Shown here piece by piece: positions 23,863-37,070 of a DNA stretch of 64,000 nt. This DNA is from Vicugna vicugna (lineage: Eukaryota), in assembly GCA_013265495.1 (NCBI GenBank), contig MU058449.1, forward strand, positions 730,176 to 794,175, read 5' to 3'. A program made the position numbers and the translations under genes. A model generated the notes under the pieces. That model was given only the letters and a program-made list of their open reading frames with translations. It was not told the DNA's origin and made no database searches. The first letter of the stretch is position 1; every line of letters starts with the position of its first letter.

Positions 23863-25759
23863 AGCAAGAACTTTTTTAAAGTTACATACTCTAATGCTGT
23901 AATCTCATTTTTGAAAATTTATTCTAACAAAATATCCCTAAATGCAGAAAAGTTTTTCATAAAATTTATCAGTTATGCCATTATTTAGAGTAATTCTATA
24001 TTAGAAATCCTAAGGTATGATCTATAAAAGTAAAGAATAGTAAGCTCAAGTATGGTCCATTCATTTAATGGAATATTATGTGAAATGATCTATATTAAAC
24101 AAATATGTGGCTTTTAAAGACTCTGCTATAAAATGAAATATACATATAATGTTAAGAAAAACAAGAATACATGATTGAAACTAACTTGAAAAACAACCTA
24201 TGCCTTAAAGGAAATGTGCTCAAATTACCAGTGACTTAGTTCTGGTTAGTTAGTTAGTTAGTTAGTTTCTTCCTTCTAATTTTTGTTATTATTATGGAGG
24301 TCTTGTTTGGTTAAGATGTACAACTTTTAAAATGGAAAAAGTGAAACTGATAATTTACATAAGCCGGGGCTTGTCACAGACCTCACTGTTGTTTTCCTCT
24401 TTGTTATCTGGGAATTTAAGCCCTAAATAATAATGCTAATGAATATATTTTGAGTGCTTGCAATGTCCCAGGACTATAAGTGCTTTATAAGTTTTACCTG
24501 ATCTTTATAACAACTTTACAGGGTAGGTACAATTTCTGCCCCACACACCAGGTTTACATTGGTGAGAAAACTGAGTCACAGAGTTTGTGGTGCTGTACCA
24601 TGATTTGAAATTAAATTTCATAACCAAATACAGTTATTTAATGTCCATGATCTATTGTTTCCTGTTTAAAATCTGGCACTTATTTCCACAGTCTCTGCAA
24701 ATCTTGTTTTCGCTCTTCTGTCTGCCTTACGAGATGAATGACTGTATTTGTGTTGAGAGTGACGAATCCAAGTTATTCTTCATGTTGCACAGCCACCTTG
24801 CGTGTTCTACAGGTTGCTGCTTTCCAGATTAAGGGAGAATATTTTTGTCTATTTATTACTTATATCCGCTCAATCGTGTTTCCATTTAGTGTATTCGGTA
24901 TCTGTCAGACATTTCCAATGTCTGAGTTTTAACTTAGGTATGACATATTATGAATCTTACTCTAAATTTTACCAAGTGTTACACCTATTGCTTTCACGTT
25001 TATAGAGTCCCATAAACTCAGATTTGGAGATGTGAGAGGTTCCTTGGTCTTCTTTCCCACCAGTGAGAGAATTTGAATGAATCTTTTCTCAAGATGGGCT
25101 GTTCTCATTGTATTGTTAAGCAAGTCTGATAAGAAGCTTAAATCTGACCTCAATCACTGAGCAAATGTTGGGTGGGAGACTAGAGTGGATAAAACATGGG
25201 GGAGACTCCCACCTGCGGGCTCTTTCTTAGGAGAGGGGTCCTCAGACTTTTAACCTCTCTCCTGGAAAAGGGCCCTCCTAGCAAAGGTATCTGTGAGCAT
25301 CCCATTGTGACTCCCTGCTCAGAGGCAGTAAAACAGCCTTCAAAGTCATGAAGCTGATCAACGCAGATGGATCAGGGCTGGGAGAAAGAGCCGTGGGTGG
25401 TAGCAGTGACTGTCCTCAAGGAAAGTAGGGATGCTCGTGCTCCCTGCAGGCACTGGGCCTCCTCACCCCAAATAATGAGGTCAGGAGCCTCGTTTTATGA
25501 GACTGATCCCCTTTGTCTCTTGCCACAACTTCCATCCTCTTTTATCTTCCTGTGCATTATTCTACCTCAAATCACACCCTCCCGCCTCCTTCCATACACC
25601 TAAGAACATGGCTAGATTACCAATTTTATAAAGTGCGTATCTCTTGTGCCTAAATCCCTCACTGTACCCTACTTCAGTCCAACTTAGTCATGTTCTATCT
25701 GTCTCCCCTACTCCTCCTTCTGCCCTAAAATTTTCATTTTTTAAAAGTAGTCCAAAGAC

Positions 25760-26255
25760 TGATATGCAAATATTCATTAGCAGCACTATTCACAGTAGCC
25801 AAAAAGGTGGAAACAACCCAAGTGTTTATCAACAGATGAAAGGATAAACAAAATGTAGTAAATACATACAATGGAATATAATTCAGCCATTAAAATAATA
25901 AAATTCTGACACACTTGACAACATGGATGAACCTTCAGAACATGATGCTAAGTGAAATAAGCCAGACCCAAAAGGACATATGTTGTATGATTCCACTTAT
26001 ATACAGTACTTAAAACAGGCACATTCATTGAGACAGAAAGTAGAATAGAGGTTACCAGGAGCTGGGGGGAAGGGAAATGAGGAGGTATTGTTTAATGGGT
26101 GCAGAGTCTCAGTTTGGAATGATGAGAAGGTTCTAGAAATGGATAGTGGTGATGGTTGAACAACAATGTGAGTAGACTTCATTGCACTGAAATGTACACC
26201 TAAAAAAATTGTTAGAATGGTAAATTTTATGTTATGTATGTTTTACCGTAATAAG
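25760..26255 (+). mobile_element. LINE-1 3'UTR fragment (L1MB-like)
   Basis: gcagcactattcacagtagccaaaaaggtggaaacaaccc, atgctaagtgaaataagccagac, gagacagaaagtagaatagaggttaccagg, gttctagaaatggatagtggtgatggttg. Confidence 0.85.
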
Positions 26256-26889
26256 TAATCACCAAAGAAAGAATAAAATAACTCATCATCAGTTTTATAA
26301 ACAAGAACATGTTGAAATGATTGCATTTTAGGTACACTGGGTTAAAGAAAACATATTATTAAGGTTTTTTTTTTAAATATCTCAAAGAAGAAGATATTTA
26401 ATCCTCAGTGTTGAGAGAAGGGCAGAGCCTTGGGATGGGGTTTAGGAGTTCAGAACTCCTGTTCTGCCACTAAGTGGGGAACCTTGTCTAAACTATATCA
26501 TCTTTTTGAATGTACTCTGTAAAACATGGTGATTAAATTAGATAAACCCTAACTCCATCTTCTTCTAAATCTTATGTACTCTGAATATTAAGAAGCCAGG
26601 AACAATTCCAAAGGGGCTCCAAGGCAAAAACTCTCCAGGGACTCCTTGGGAACTGCTTTTTGATCCACTTGAGAAAATCAGCCCCCTTTCCTGAGGCCAC
26701 ACCTGCTGTTTACTGAAACATGGCATTTATCAACTCAACCTCCTAACCCCTGATTCTGCCAGTTATAGCTCTTTCCAAAAATTCAACCTGCTCTCAAAGA
26801 TTGGGAATTTTCCACTCAGGAGGTATTCACGGGCTCTCTGAAAGGAAGGCCAGTCCAACAGAAAGAGCAAACCATTTCTGTGACCCATC

Positions 26890-27060
26890 AAGTTAGCTCA
26901 CTCTCTGTGAAGCTCGTTTTCCTCATGGGTTTATTAGGGGCAATGATAGTGTCTACCCTCAGTGCTTTTGTGAGGATTGTGGGCAATAACCCATGTGCAA
27001 TGCTTAGCACAGTGTTTAACACATAGTATGAACTCAGTAAATACTCATTATCATTATTAT
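26890..27060 (+). mobile_element. MIR SINE fragment
   Basis: cactctctgtgaagctcgttttcctcat...gtgaggatt...tgcttagcacagtg...cagtaaata...attattatt. Confidence 0.55.
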
Positions 27061-27233
27061 TATCATGGAGGGGGTGAATAATAATCCGTGCTTCACCAGT
27101 ATATTGAGGGGATAGAAGTGAGGGTTTCTGCCTTTGGCAAGCAAACCATACAGATCTTTTTTAAACACTCAGCTAGTCACACTAGCCTGGGAGCTGGAAT
27201 TTAAGAACTGGGCTTTTCTGTCTCTCCTTCTCT

Positions 27234-27240
<7 letters not shown>

Positions 27241-27288
<48 letters not shown>
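27241..27288. repeat. (TC)n microsatellite
   Basis: About 24 uninterrupted TC units. Confidence 0.95.
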
Positions 27289-27292
<4 letters not shown>

Positions 27293-30200
27293 TTAACACC
27301 AGTAACAGGACTAAGATTAGGAGATGGGAAAAAGGAAGAGAGTGTGGTGGGTGGAGAAGGTGGGACTTAAATGAGATTCCGACCAGATTGAAATGACTTC
27401 CTTTAGGAAGAAGACAAACACAAAAGCCGTAGTTTTCAAAGTTGTCACATTCTAGAAGGTGGCAAACTAAACGGGGTTTATGGCCATTGCTTATTCCGTG
27501 TTCACGCAGATGAAGATCCTGGGAGAGTGTTTGCCTTTTGGTTCCCAGTGATCTGAAAGGGCTCCCAGGAAGAAGGCCTCTGGGTGCTTGAGTTGCTGAG
27601 TCAGCTCACAGAGGTGGTCCCAGGCAGCCCCAGCCGTGAGAGGCCTCTGGGTCTCAGGCAAGTGCTCACTGTAGTGAGAGTATCTTTCCCAGTGAAGAAG
27701 GATCTCCAGGGACTGAGAGCCATAAAAGCGCTGCCCTGTTCCCAGCCGTGTTTATGTTGGCCTGGACAGTGGATGGCACCAGTTTGGGTAGCCATTCCCC
27801 CGAGAGCCAAAGAGCCTGAGGTTGCCCTTTAAGCAGGACAGCCCCCACCCCCCTAATAATTACATTTAGCCCCCATCTCTGAGTAGCACTTCATTTGCTT
27901 AAGACTGGAATGACAAGAAATAAGGACAGAGCACAAGTTTGTTTGTTTAGGGGAGGATAGAGATTTCCCCAGGCTTTTTTTTAATTTTATTATTGGAAAG
28001 AGAGATGTACTCTCAATATTTATGACCAGGGATTACCAGCATCACATATCTGAGATTCTTTCCAGTGATGATCACCACCAATTCTCCCAGCTGGTGCCAA
28101 AATTTATGCCCAATGTGTATTTTTTAATACGTTAACTAATTAGTTACTGAGAATTGAGCTGGCAGGTTGGATAAAGAGCTTGAGAAGAATGGGGACAATT
28201 TAAAAATCGAAAGGAAAAGAATTTTGGAGTGCTGCTAAAGTCTCAGCTCAGGTTAATAACCGTGAATTTGTTTTGATACAAGATGTCTAAGTTGACTAAT
28301 TTTTCTCAAGTTTACTTATCACTTCCAGAGGAGAAAGGTAGACAGGCTGGACCCAGTTCGGCTGGGAGAGTGCAGCTAGAATCGAGGAGGAGAAAAGCCA
28401 AATGTGTTCACAGAAAGCAGCTCTAGGTGAATGACTGTAGTCCAGACTGATTTAGGAATAAGCTGAGGCCAGAGCTCTGGAGTAGAGCTCTCAAGAAAGC
28501 AAGAAAGAAGGGACATGGACCTTGTACGTGGTAAGAAATCGAGCAAGAAATAGAGAAGAATTCAAGCCCAGTTCTGAATGGCTCTGTAGTTCGTATTCTT
28601 TCCACTCAGTTCCCTCCCTTTTGAATCTTTTGGATGCTGCAGGTCAGCCCCAGGACAGGGGTGCGGGCAGCATCCGTGTCAGCCCCAGTCTGGAGCTGCA
28701 AGCCCTAGAGTCCTGGAGTCTGCCCAGCATGAGGGCTGAGCGTTTAGAACAGGGTCTGTGGCCTTTTGGAAGTCTGCCTTCTCCCCACTTCCTCTTGGAA
28801 GCCTTCCCTGACTCCCTCTGGCTGGGTTAGGCCAACACTACTAGGCTCCCAACACACCACTCCATACCCCTACCCTCTACAAAACCCGGGTGCTCATCCC
28901 GCAGGATTCCTCCTGGGTCCTGGCACAGAGGAGGCTGACTTCAGGAAAATTGTCTTGGAAGGATTTCAAATGCAGATGTACTGTTGAAGTTGATAGTCTT
29001 TGAAGAGAATTTAAACTTGGTGGGATATTGTAGATTCTGTGATTCCATCTTCTTTACCCCTTATTGTTTAGCTCCTCCAGCCACTTCCTGATTCCAAAAA
29101 CTAGCCCCAACTTGTTTAAACTCCCTCCCCGCCAGGGACCTGTGTGGAGTGACTCCTCTGTGGCTCAAGCCTGGCCTTCCCTAGAGATGGGCACTGCCCC
29201 AAACCATCCCTTTGCAGTGGGATAAAACTCAATCCCTCTGCTGCAGAGACATCGGGGCCCTTGCAGGATATGGAGTGGCAGAGCAGCCGGTGACAACAGC
29301 TGGGGTGAGTAACCTGGGCCCTCAACACAGCCTCTTCTCCACTTCCCAGGTGGATGGCTGCCAGCACCTCCACCTCAGATGGAGATATCAGAGGGAAAGA
29401 TCTAGAAATAAAGCAGAAGAAAGAGAAATAACCAGTTTTGGACAATAGGAGACAGCAGTGCTATTCTTTGCTTGAAGAAGAAAGTCTCAAAGAGAGACCC
29501 TTCCTGGAGTCAGGGAGTTGACAGCTCAGAGAACTGCAATCTTAGACCACATTTCCAGGGAGAGATGTCCCTCATAGTCTTTCAAGAGAGGGAAGACATG
29601 AGAGGATGTCAAGTTCACTCTGTACCTGGCATTCATTTTCTTTTTTATTATCAACTATTTTTATACTCTAATATCAAAGAAGTTTAATTTGGTTTATAAT
29701 TTATTTAATTTCCTTATTTAAAAAATTATACAGAATTTTCCTCTTTCCTGAATAATTCCTTATCTCAAAGAGTATTTTTGCCTGTCTTTAATTTGTTTTA
29801 TCCCTTTTAATTTTTACAAAATATGCTGCACAAGATCTGTGTTTGAACATCTCTGTTTGTTACTCACCTTTGCGTAGAATGAGTTGCATCAAGTTTTGAT
29901 ATTTTCTCAGAAGTAGTGTCTGAGAGAGAAGGGATGGAAGGTGCCAGCTGACACTGTCAGCAACTTTACTTCACTGGATTTACTTTAAAAATCTTCTAAC
30001 AAAATATGGACAATCCTTCACTTGAGAGGCACAATGCTAGTCACCCTCCCTGAGAGAAAAAGGGAAGGCAAGGCAAGGGGAGGGAAGATCATTCCTACCT
30101 TCAGAGGGAACCGATTATGTTGGCTAGAAATAACGCAACTGCAGCCCCCAGGGTTCAGAGCAAAGCTCTTTTAAGCACACAGACCTATTTTTGGAGGGTT

Positions 30201-30734
30201 TTAAGTCTCTGCTAAAATATATTTAGGTGGCTGTTTCCCTTACGTTTTTTTGACCTGTCTTGAAAGTGGCTTTTGTTTGCTTACTTACATGTTTTTGTTT
30301 CAATAATGAGATTTAAGGGGCAATCCAAAAAATAATAACAAGCCCGTACTGTCAACCCTTCAGGTTTCTGCAGTATGTTTGCAGTTTACTTCCATGAGGC
30401 CGTTGCTTCTTCTTTAAAATAGAGTGATTTTATTAGATTCTTTATTTTCATCTCATATCTTTCAAGAAAGCTTTCTTCAGTAGGTGAAGAGATCAGTGTT
30501 TCACACTATGAAATGATACTTTCGTAGTCAATAGGTTTAAGTTATACTTATCCCCTAGTTTCTTTTTAGATAGAGTACATTTTTCGATCTCCTTCACATT
30601 TCATATTTGCTACTATGCGTGAATCCATGTCACCTAATATCACAGCTGTTTTTCCAATGTTTTTGTCTTGTATTATTCTTCTGCCCAGATTGAAGAGGTC
30701 ACATCTATCTGCAGACCTCTTCCGTATCCCGAGG

Positions 30735-31697
30735 ATGCTCCCTTCCCAGTCCTTCATCAACATCTCCCTCTTCCAGCCCCCTGCTTTCCTAATGATTGGC
30801 ATCCCAGGGCTGGAAGCCATTCATGGCTGGATCTCCATCCCCTTCTCCTCCATGTGCACTGCGGCCCTCACTGGAAACGGCCTGATCCTCTTGGCTGTGA
30901 GGAGGACCCCCAGCCTGCACCAGCCCATGTACTACTTCCTGTCCATGCTGGCCCTCACCGATGTGGGTCTCACCTTGTCCACCATGCCCACCACCCTGGC
31001 TGTGCTCTGGTTTGATCATCGGCTCATCGGCTTCAATGCCTGCCTGGTCCAGATGTTCTTCCTCCACTTCTTCTCTGTGGCGGAGTCCTCAGTGCTCCTG
31101 GCCATGTCCTTTGACCGCTTGGTGGCCATCTCCAACCCCCTGCGCTATGCAGCTGTCCTCACAAATAGTGTCATCATCAGGATTGGACTGGCCATTGTAG
31201 CTCGAGCCACTGTGTCCCTCTTCCCATTGCCCTTCTTACTGAAGCGATTAAGCTTTTGCCCCGGCAAGATCCTCCTGTCCCACTCATTCTGTTTCCATGC
31301 AGATGTCATGAAACGGGCCTGTGCTGACATTACTGTCAATATCATTTATGGGCTGTATGTAGTTCTGTCCACGATGGGTGTAGACTCGTTGCTTATTGTC
31401 CTGTCCTACACCCTTATTCTTCACACAGTGATGGCTCTGGCCTCTCCCAGGGAGCGCACCAGGGCCCTCAACACTTGTGTTTCTCATATTTTAGCTGTTC
31501 TGGTTTTCTTCATCCCTGTCATCGGTGTGTCCATGATCCACCGTTTTGGGAGGCACCTGCCCCCCATTGTACATACCCTGGTTGCCTATGTGTATCTGGT
31601 GGTACCGCCTGTGCTCAACCCCATCATCTACAGTGTCAAATCCAAGCCCATCAGGGAGGCCATGCTCAGGGTGCTGAGGGACAAGAGGCAAGACTGA
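30735..31697 (+). CDS. Class I olfactory receptor, OR51A/51G-like, 320 aa, intact
   Basis: MLPSQSFINISLFQPPAFLMIGIPGLE..., LHQPMYYFLSMLA, MSFDRLVAISNPLRY, RALNTCVSH, PPVLNPIIYSVKSKPIR. Acceptor ttcttctgcccag ends at 30688, so the upstream in-frame ATGs (30615, 30627, 30657) are probably intronic. Confidence 0.9.
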   Translation: MLPSQSFINISLFQPPAFLMIGIPGLEAIHGWISIPFSSMCTAALTGNGLILLAVRRTPSLHQPMYYFLSMLALTDVGLTLSTMPTTLAVLWFDHRLIGFNACLVQMFFLHFFSVAESSVLLAMSFDRLVAISNPLRYAAVLTNSVIIRIGLAIVARATVSLFPLPFLLKRLSFCPGKILLSHSFCFHADVMKRACADITVNIIYGLYVVLSTMGVDSLLIVLSYTLILHTVMALASPRERTRALNTCVSHILAVLVFFIPVIGVSMIHRFGRHLPPIVHTLVAYVYLVVPPVLNPIIYSVKSKPIREAMLRVLRDKRQD

Positions 31698-32589
31698 TGC
31701 AACCAAGAAGGAAAACAAAGCCAAACTATCATATCTTATATCCAAAAGGCCCTTATTCAGAGCCCTGACCCGGACGCATTATCAACAGAATGAGAAGCAA
31801 ATGCCCACGCTCAGACTCAGACTTGTGGGTGAAAAACAGTCCTGATTCTTTCCTGCAATCGTTAACCTCAACTTGTTTTTTAGTGTTTAGTGGTGCAAGA
31901 ATCTGTGCTCATTAAAAGAAATATTAAAATGAACCATACATAGTCTCTTCCCTCCATGGAAGACTAGAAGCATCTAAATGCACCATTACAACAAAGTGTA
32001 ATAAGGCTGTGAGAGGTTCACACAAAGTGCTACAGGAACCCAGAAGAGAGTTTGCTGCTTTGCCAAGAGAAAATGAGAAAGGAGTAAGATAAGAAGGAGG
32101 CTGAAAGGTGAGTGGGGATTTGTCAGGCAGAAAAGGTAGGCAAGGGGAGAGCATATATAATAAAACATGAAAAAACTGAGGTTTGGGATTATCTGGTGAG
32201 CTTGTGGGAAGGTGATGTGGCTCCTCATAATCTGTGTGCGTGTCAGAGGGAGAATGACAGGAGATGGGCAGGAATGACGGACAGTGGTGAGACGTGTTGG
32301 GGCCTTTCAGATCTGATTGAAACATATGGCCTTCATTCTTTGTTTAAAAGTCAGCCATGGAAAGGCTACTGCATTGTAAAAGGTTGCACAGGCTTAGCTG
32401 TGCAGTACAAATTAGGAAGGTGAATGTGGAGGAGTAAAAGAGTGCAAGGAAGGCATTTAGGAGATTGGAAATAATGGAGCTTTCACAATGTCACATGAGA
32501 AGCAGACACAGGAAGTGGGGCTGCTTAACCTACATGAACAACCCTAGGGACTGAGGAGAGAGTGAGGGAGATACACACAACTAAACCTC

Positions 32590-34480
32590 AGTGTCTGTAT
32601 ATTCCACTGGATGGTTGCTCACCTCCATCCCTGCCACCCTGGCCACCCAGGTCAAGGGCCCTTTATGCAACACTGGGTGAGTGAGGACAGAAGTTTGCTG
32701 AGCACTAGGTGTGTCACCCAGTCATCCTCTTTACTTGGTTGTTCAGGGCTCCCTTTAGGGTCAAGGCTCTCTCTAGGGTCGAGGCTCTCTCATGAGCATT
32801 AATGTGAGACATGCAGAGTTTCACACTGTAGTTACATTCTCATACAGCCATTCATATGTCCTCCTTAGACTTTTTTATTTTCAATCTTCCAATTTTTTTT
32901 TCTTCCACTCCTTATCACTGTTCTTCAGGACCACCTCCGAATGAAGCTGTAGTGAGGCAGCATTATTTGTTTTACTTCAACCAATGTATTAAAACACCCC
33001 AACCGTGAATTAGGCCCAGGTCACTTGCTCCTCTATCAGCTAGATGTAGGGAGAGTCCCATGAGACCCCAGGTGCAAGCTGAGGAAAAGGCATTGATGCA
33101 AAAGCAGTAGGTGGCAGGAAGTGCAGGCCACCTGTTTATGTAAGTCACTGGTGCCTGCTAATCTTGTACCAATGTAACTGATGGTTGCTGTCTGTACTCA
33201 CCCTGATGACATGGGTGGGCCTGACAGTAGCCATTAAAATAGGTAATGGACCTGGTGATCGTTATCCTAAGTGAAGTAAGCCAGAAAGAGAAAGAAAAAT
33301 ACCATATGATATCACTCATATGTGGAATCTTTAAAAAAAAAAAAGACACAAATGAACATATTTACAAAACAGAAACAGACTCACAGAAATAGAAAACAAA
33401 CTTATGGTTACTAGAGGGGAAAGGAGGTGGGAAGGGATAAATTAGGAACTTAAGATTTGCAGATACTAACTACTATATATAAGATAGATAAACAATAAGT
33501 TTCTACTGTAAAGCACAGGGAACTATATTTAATATCTGGTAGTAAACTGTAAAGAAAAAGAATATGAAATGGAATACATGTGTGTATGTGTATGACTGAA
33601 ACATGATGTGGTACACCATAAACTAACACAACATTGTAAATGGACCGTCAATAAATAAAAAGAAGAAAAATACATAATTTCAGTCACAGTCACGTGATGT
33701 CCCATGATCAGAGGGTTAATCCCTACTAGGGTCCAGTAACATTCCAGCACCTGCTTTTTGAACAGAGAAAACTCTGCTGGAGACAGCATGGCCTTGCTCC
33801 GGAATCTTAGGAGTCTGTGCTGCAGCTATCCTATTGGGGCTTTATGGAGACTTCACGGATATTTGTTTCTCACAGATACAGCCGGCCTCATGGTTTGACC
33901 AAGTTAAATGGCCAAAGTGACTTAGATTCTTGCATCACAGACGACCTTCTGCAAAGCGCTCTGTCACTCTAGGCCCTCTCAAAACTGACAGCCTGCTATG
34001 CACTTGATAAATGGATCAAAGAATTATTCCCAACAGTAAATGTTTTATCTCGAAAATCCAAGGGAAATTAAAAGGTGCTGTGCCTCTTTGCTAACAGTAG
34101 GAAGTACAAGGTGCAATATTCAGCCCTTTACCTTAGAGGGGATATGCTAACAGGACACAGAGCCCTAGACCTGTAAGAACTTCACTGATGTGTCAGGCTG
34201 GTTAGTATTTGAGGACTTTATCCCCACACTCTGGTGTGCTTATGTCTTACCTGGGCATTCAGAGGACTTAACCACTTCCTGGTCTCCAAAACCTTGGTCA
34301 GTAATTTCAATATCCATGTCCAACCACCATGTTCCTTCAGTTCTTGAGAGCTCTTTTGAAAAGCACCTTTCCTTCTGTGACATAGACATTACTTCTCTTC
34401 TCACGACCTACTGAGTGTTTGATCTAGTTATTAGTCCCAAGTAGTCTCACCCCAGTGTTGGCTAACTCTGCCTCTTCCCA
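32590..34480 (-). mobile_element. Degenerate ERVL-type endogenous retrovirus pol fragment (RT, RNase H, start of integrase), split by an L1 insertion
   Basis: Minus-strand translation gives FSLFKKQVLECYWTLVGINPLIMGHHVT (ERVL-like YSPFEKQLLACYWALVETERLTMGHQVT), TSVKFLQV...IPSKVKG...LHL...KEAQHL, and a GGQGGRDGG integrase-like segment; many stops and frameshifts. Confidence 0.75.
33245..33670 (+). mobile_element. 5'-truncated artiodactyl-type LINE-1 3' end nested in the ERVL fragment
   Basis: atggacctgg...ctaagtgaagtaagccagaaagagaaagaaaaataccatatgatatcactcatatgtggaatct, aaaacagaaacagactcacaga, A-rich tail; possible degenerate TSD aaaata(gg/ca)taat. Confidence 0.85.
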
Positions 34481-36479
34481 GCAAATAGAAAGATGCTCTT
34501 TTGAAAAATGAGGGGGACGGTATAGATGGGCCACTGAAGCATTGAAACCTGTTGAGAACACATCTTAGAGAGGGCTGTGCTAGAAAGCCAGAGTCTCCAC
34601 ATTCCAGAGAGTTACGATTGCTCACATCTCTAATCTCTGAGTTTTCCTTTCTCTTCAGAGCTCCCTTCAGTCTCTTCCATCTTCCTTACCCTGCCATCGC
34701 GTGTCACCATCCCAGGATGAAGCTCAGCAGAGAGTAATTGTCTGTGACCCAAATGCTTTGGGTGCTGTCCCCAGACACTGGCTGCATTTCCCTGCAGCAG
34801 CATAAAAGGGGTGTATCTTGGTTTCAGGGTCTTCCCAGGCTTCTGTAGGATATGGTACAACCAAACAGCCTGGGGAAGAGCCAGGGTAAGTAGCAGGGCT
34901 CAGACTCAGGTCTTACTCTGTGTCCAGAGTCCTGGGGGGGCACCTCTGTCACCTCCTCCCTTCCTCCTCCAAAATAAGAGTCAAAGAGAAAGAAATGACA
35001 GAAGGCAGAGGTAGCAGAGAAACATGGAGATGAGACTGTTGAGTATCCCCACAGGTGGTTTCATGTCTTGCATCAGGGAGAGATCAAGGAGAATCTCTTC
35101 CTGTCGCTCATGGATTAGCTCAGAGGAGGGCACAGAATCTCATAATCTGTTTCTAGGAATGATGCCTAAATTGTGATCCAAAGTGGTAATGGTTAAGGGT
35201 ACCAAAATTTCTTCTGGGCTGCCATTCTAGAAAAACAGAAATGTTCATGCTTGGCAACACACGAGCATAGTCCACAGACGTCTCCAGTGAATTTTTCATT
35301 CACTCATTCGTTCACCAAAACAACTGAATTCCTAAGATGTACCTACCATACATTGTGCTGAGGGGAGCCTTATCAAAATAAATCAGAATTACTGTTCTTG
35401 GCAAACTCAAGCTAGTTGAGAGAGAAATTTGAAATTACCATGTAAATGATTGAAGGGGGTTTCTAAGACACATGAGTGGACAAACAGAGGAAAGGAAAAA
35501 AAATATTTGGGCATGGGGAGGGTTGTTCAGCAAAAACAAAAGGTTAGGAGCAAGAAAACCTTAGGGGAAGGAGACTCAGAGGGGGGAAAAAACAGAAAAA
35601 GGTGAAGAGGTGGGAAAGTAAAAATAAGTCTATTTCAGGAATACTAGGTTTTGCAATCATAGAATGTCAGGATTAGAAAGATAGATAATCTAGTCCAGTT
35701 CCATGATTTTACAGATGAGGAAATTGAGGACCAAAAGGAGAAACTGACAATGTTTAGTATGCATGGCACCAGGTACAATCTGTGACAAACAGTGCAGTTT
35801 GTTTGAAAGAACAAGGTACTTTGTACCAAACAGAACCAAGATTAGATCATTCTGTGCTGTCTCCTTGCTAGACACTTGACTTTTCTAATCCTCAGGATCT
35901 TCATTGATATGCATGGAGAAAGTTACACCTATATTACAACATTGTTTCAGAGCTGAGGGAATTCACGGATCATCAAAATTTGACTAATCTCTAATATGTA
36001 CCTTACATAACAAGCATAACGCAATCATACAGTGGCATAGCTGAATCCAGAAACCTCTTCTCTAATCCTCTACGTTAAAGTAAGTTGAAGTGCATTGTAT
36101 CTGCCTCATGCTGTATGTTAGCGCTCCTCCAGCAATTACAAAGCATAGAGAGAGAACACATATGTCTGTGAGAGCCCCCATCACACTTCTCAAAGCAGGG
36201 TAGGGATAGACTCAAATACTTGATATTCACGTGGACCTGTTATGAATTTATTTTTCAGAAATTCAACCAAACATTTTATTGGAGATTTCTTCTGTGCCCT
36301 GTCGTCCATAAATCCAATGTGTTTCCAATTCTATAAGGCATCATTGCCAGGGATAAGACCTCAACCACCCACCTCTTCAAAATCAGCCACGATCCTAATA
36401 TCTGGAGCATAGGGGAACAGAAATTTTCTTTTACTTCCTCTCCTTTCATGAGTTTATGGACTTGGTTATTGACCCTGCC

Positions 36480-37070
36480 ATTTATTTATTCAACCAAGCA
36501 AATAGTGACTGAGAATCTACTCTGTTCCAGGCACTGCACAATGCAAGAGCCATGTGTCAGCAAACAAAACCATATGGCTGCTGTATTCATGGATCTTACA
36601 GTCTAGTGAGAGAGAACAAAAGACTTCAAGGAAAGGAGCAATCATAAAATGTTAAAATGTGTTGAGTAGTATAAAGGAAACTAAGAATGTGTGGTGTGAG
36701 GATAATGGGTGGGATATGAGGCTCAGGACACCTACTTAGTGAGGGTCATCCCAAATGGTGCCTGAGAAAATGATGCTTAAGATCTAAGGAATGAGGAGTC
36801 AGCCATGTAAAAAGCAAAGAGTGGGGTATAGAATGAACATGAAAGTCCCAAAGTGAAGAAATAGCTTGGCTTATTTAATAGACTGAAATAAGGTCAGTGT
36901 GGTTAAAGAACACTGAGCAAGAGGTAGTCTGTTATGTGATGAGGGTGGAGGGTTAGGCTGGTACTAGAAGATAGGGGTCAGTATCAACATATATCACATA
37001 TCACGTCACAACCATTTTATCAAAGTGCGTTGGGGAATGACTGAAGTGTTTTAAAAAAGGGAGTAACATA
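36480..37070 (-). mobile_element. LINE-2 3' fragment
   Basis: Starts atttatttattcaaccaagcaaatagtgactgagaatctactctgttccaggcactg (reverse of L2 3' end), then catggatcttacagtctagtga. Confidence 0.6.

Noticed and set aside
30615..30734. 40 aa N-terminal extension of the OR51A-like gene
   Set aside because: Crosses a good acceptor (ttcttctgcccag, 30688) and similarity with the paralog begins at that acceptor; translation would need intron retention.
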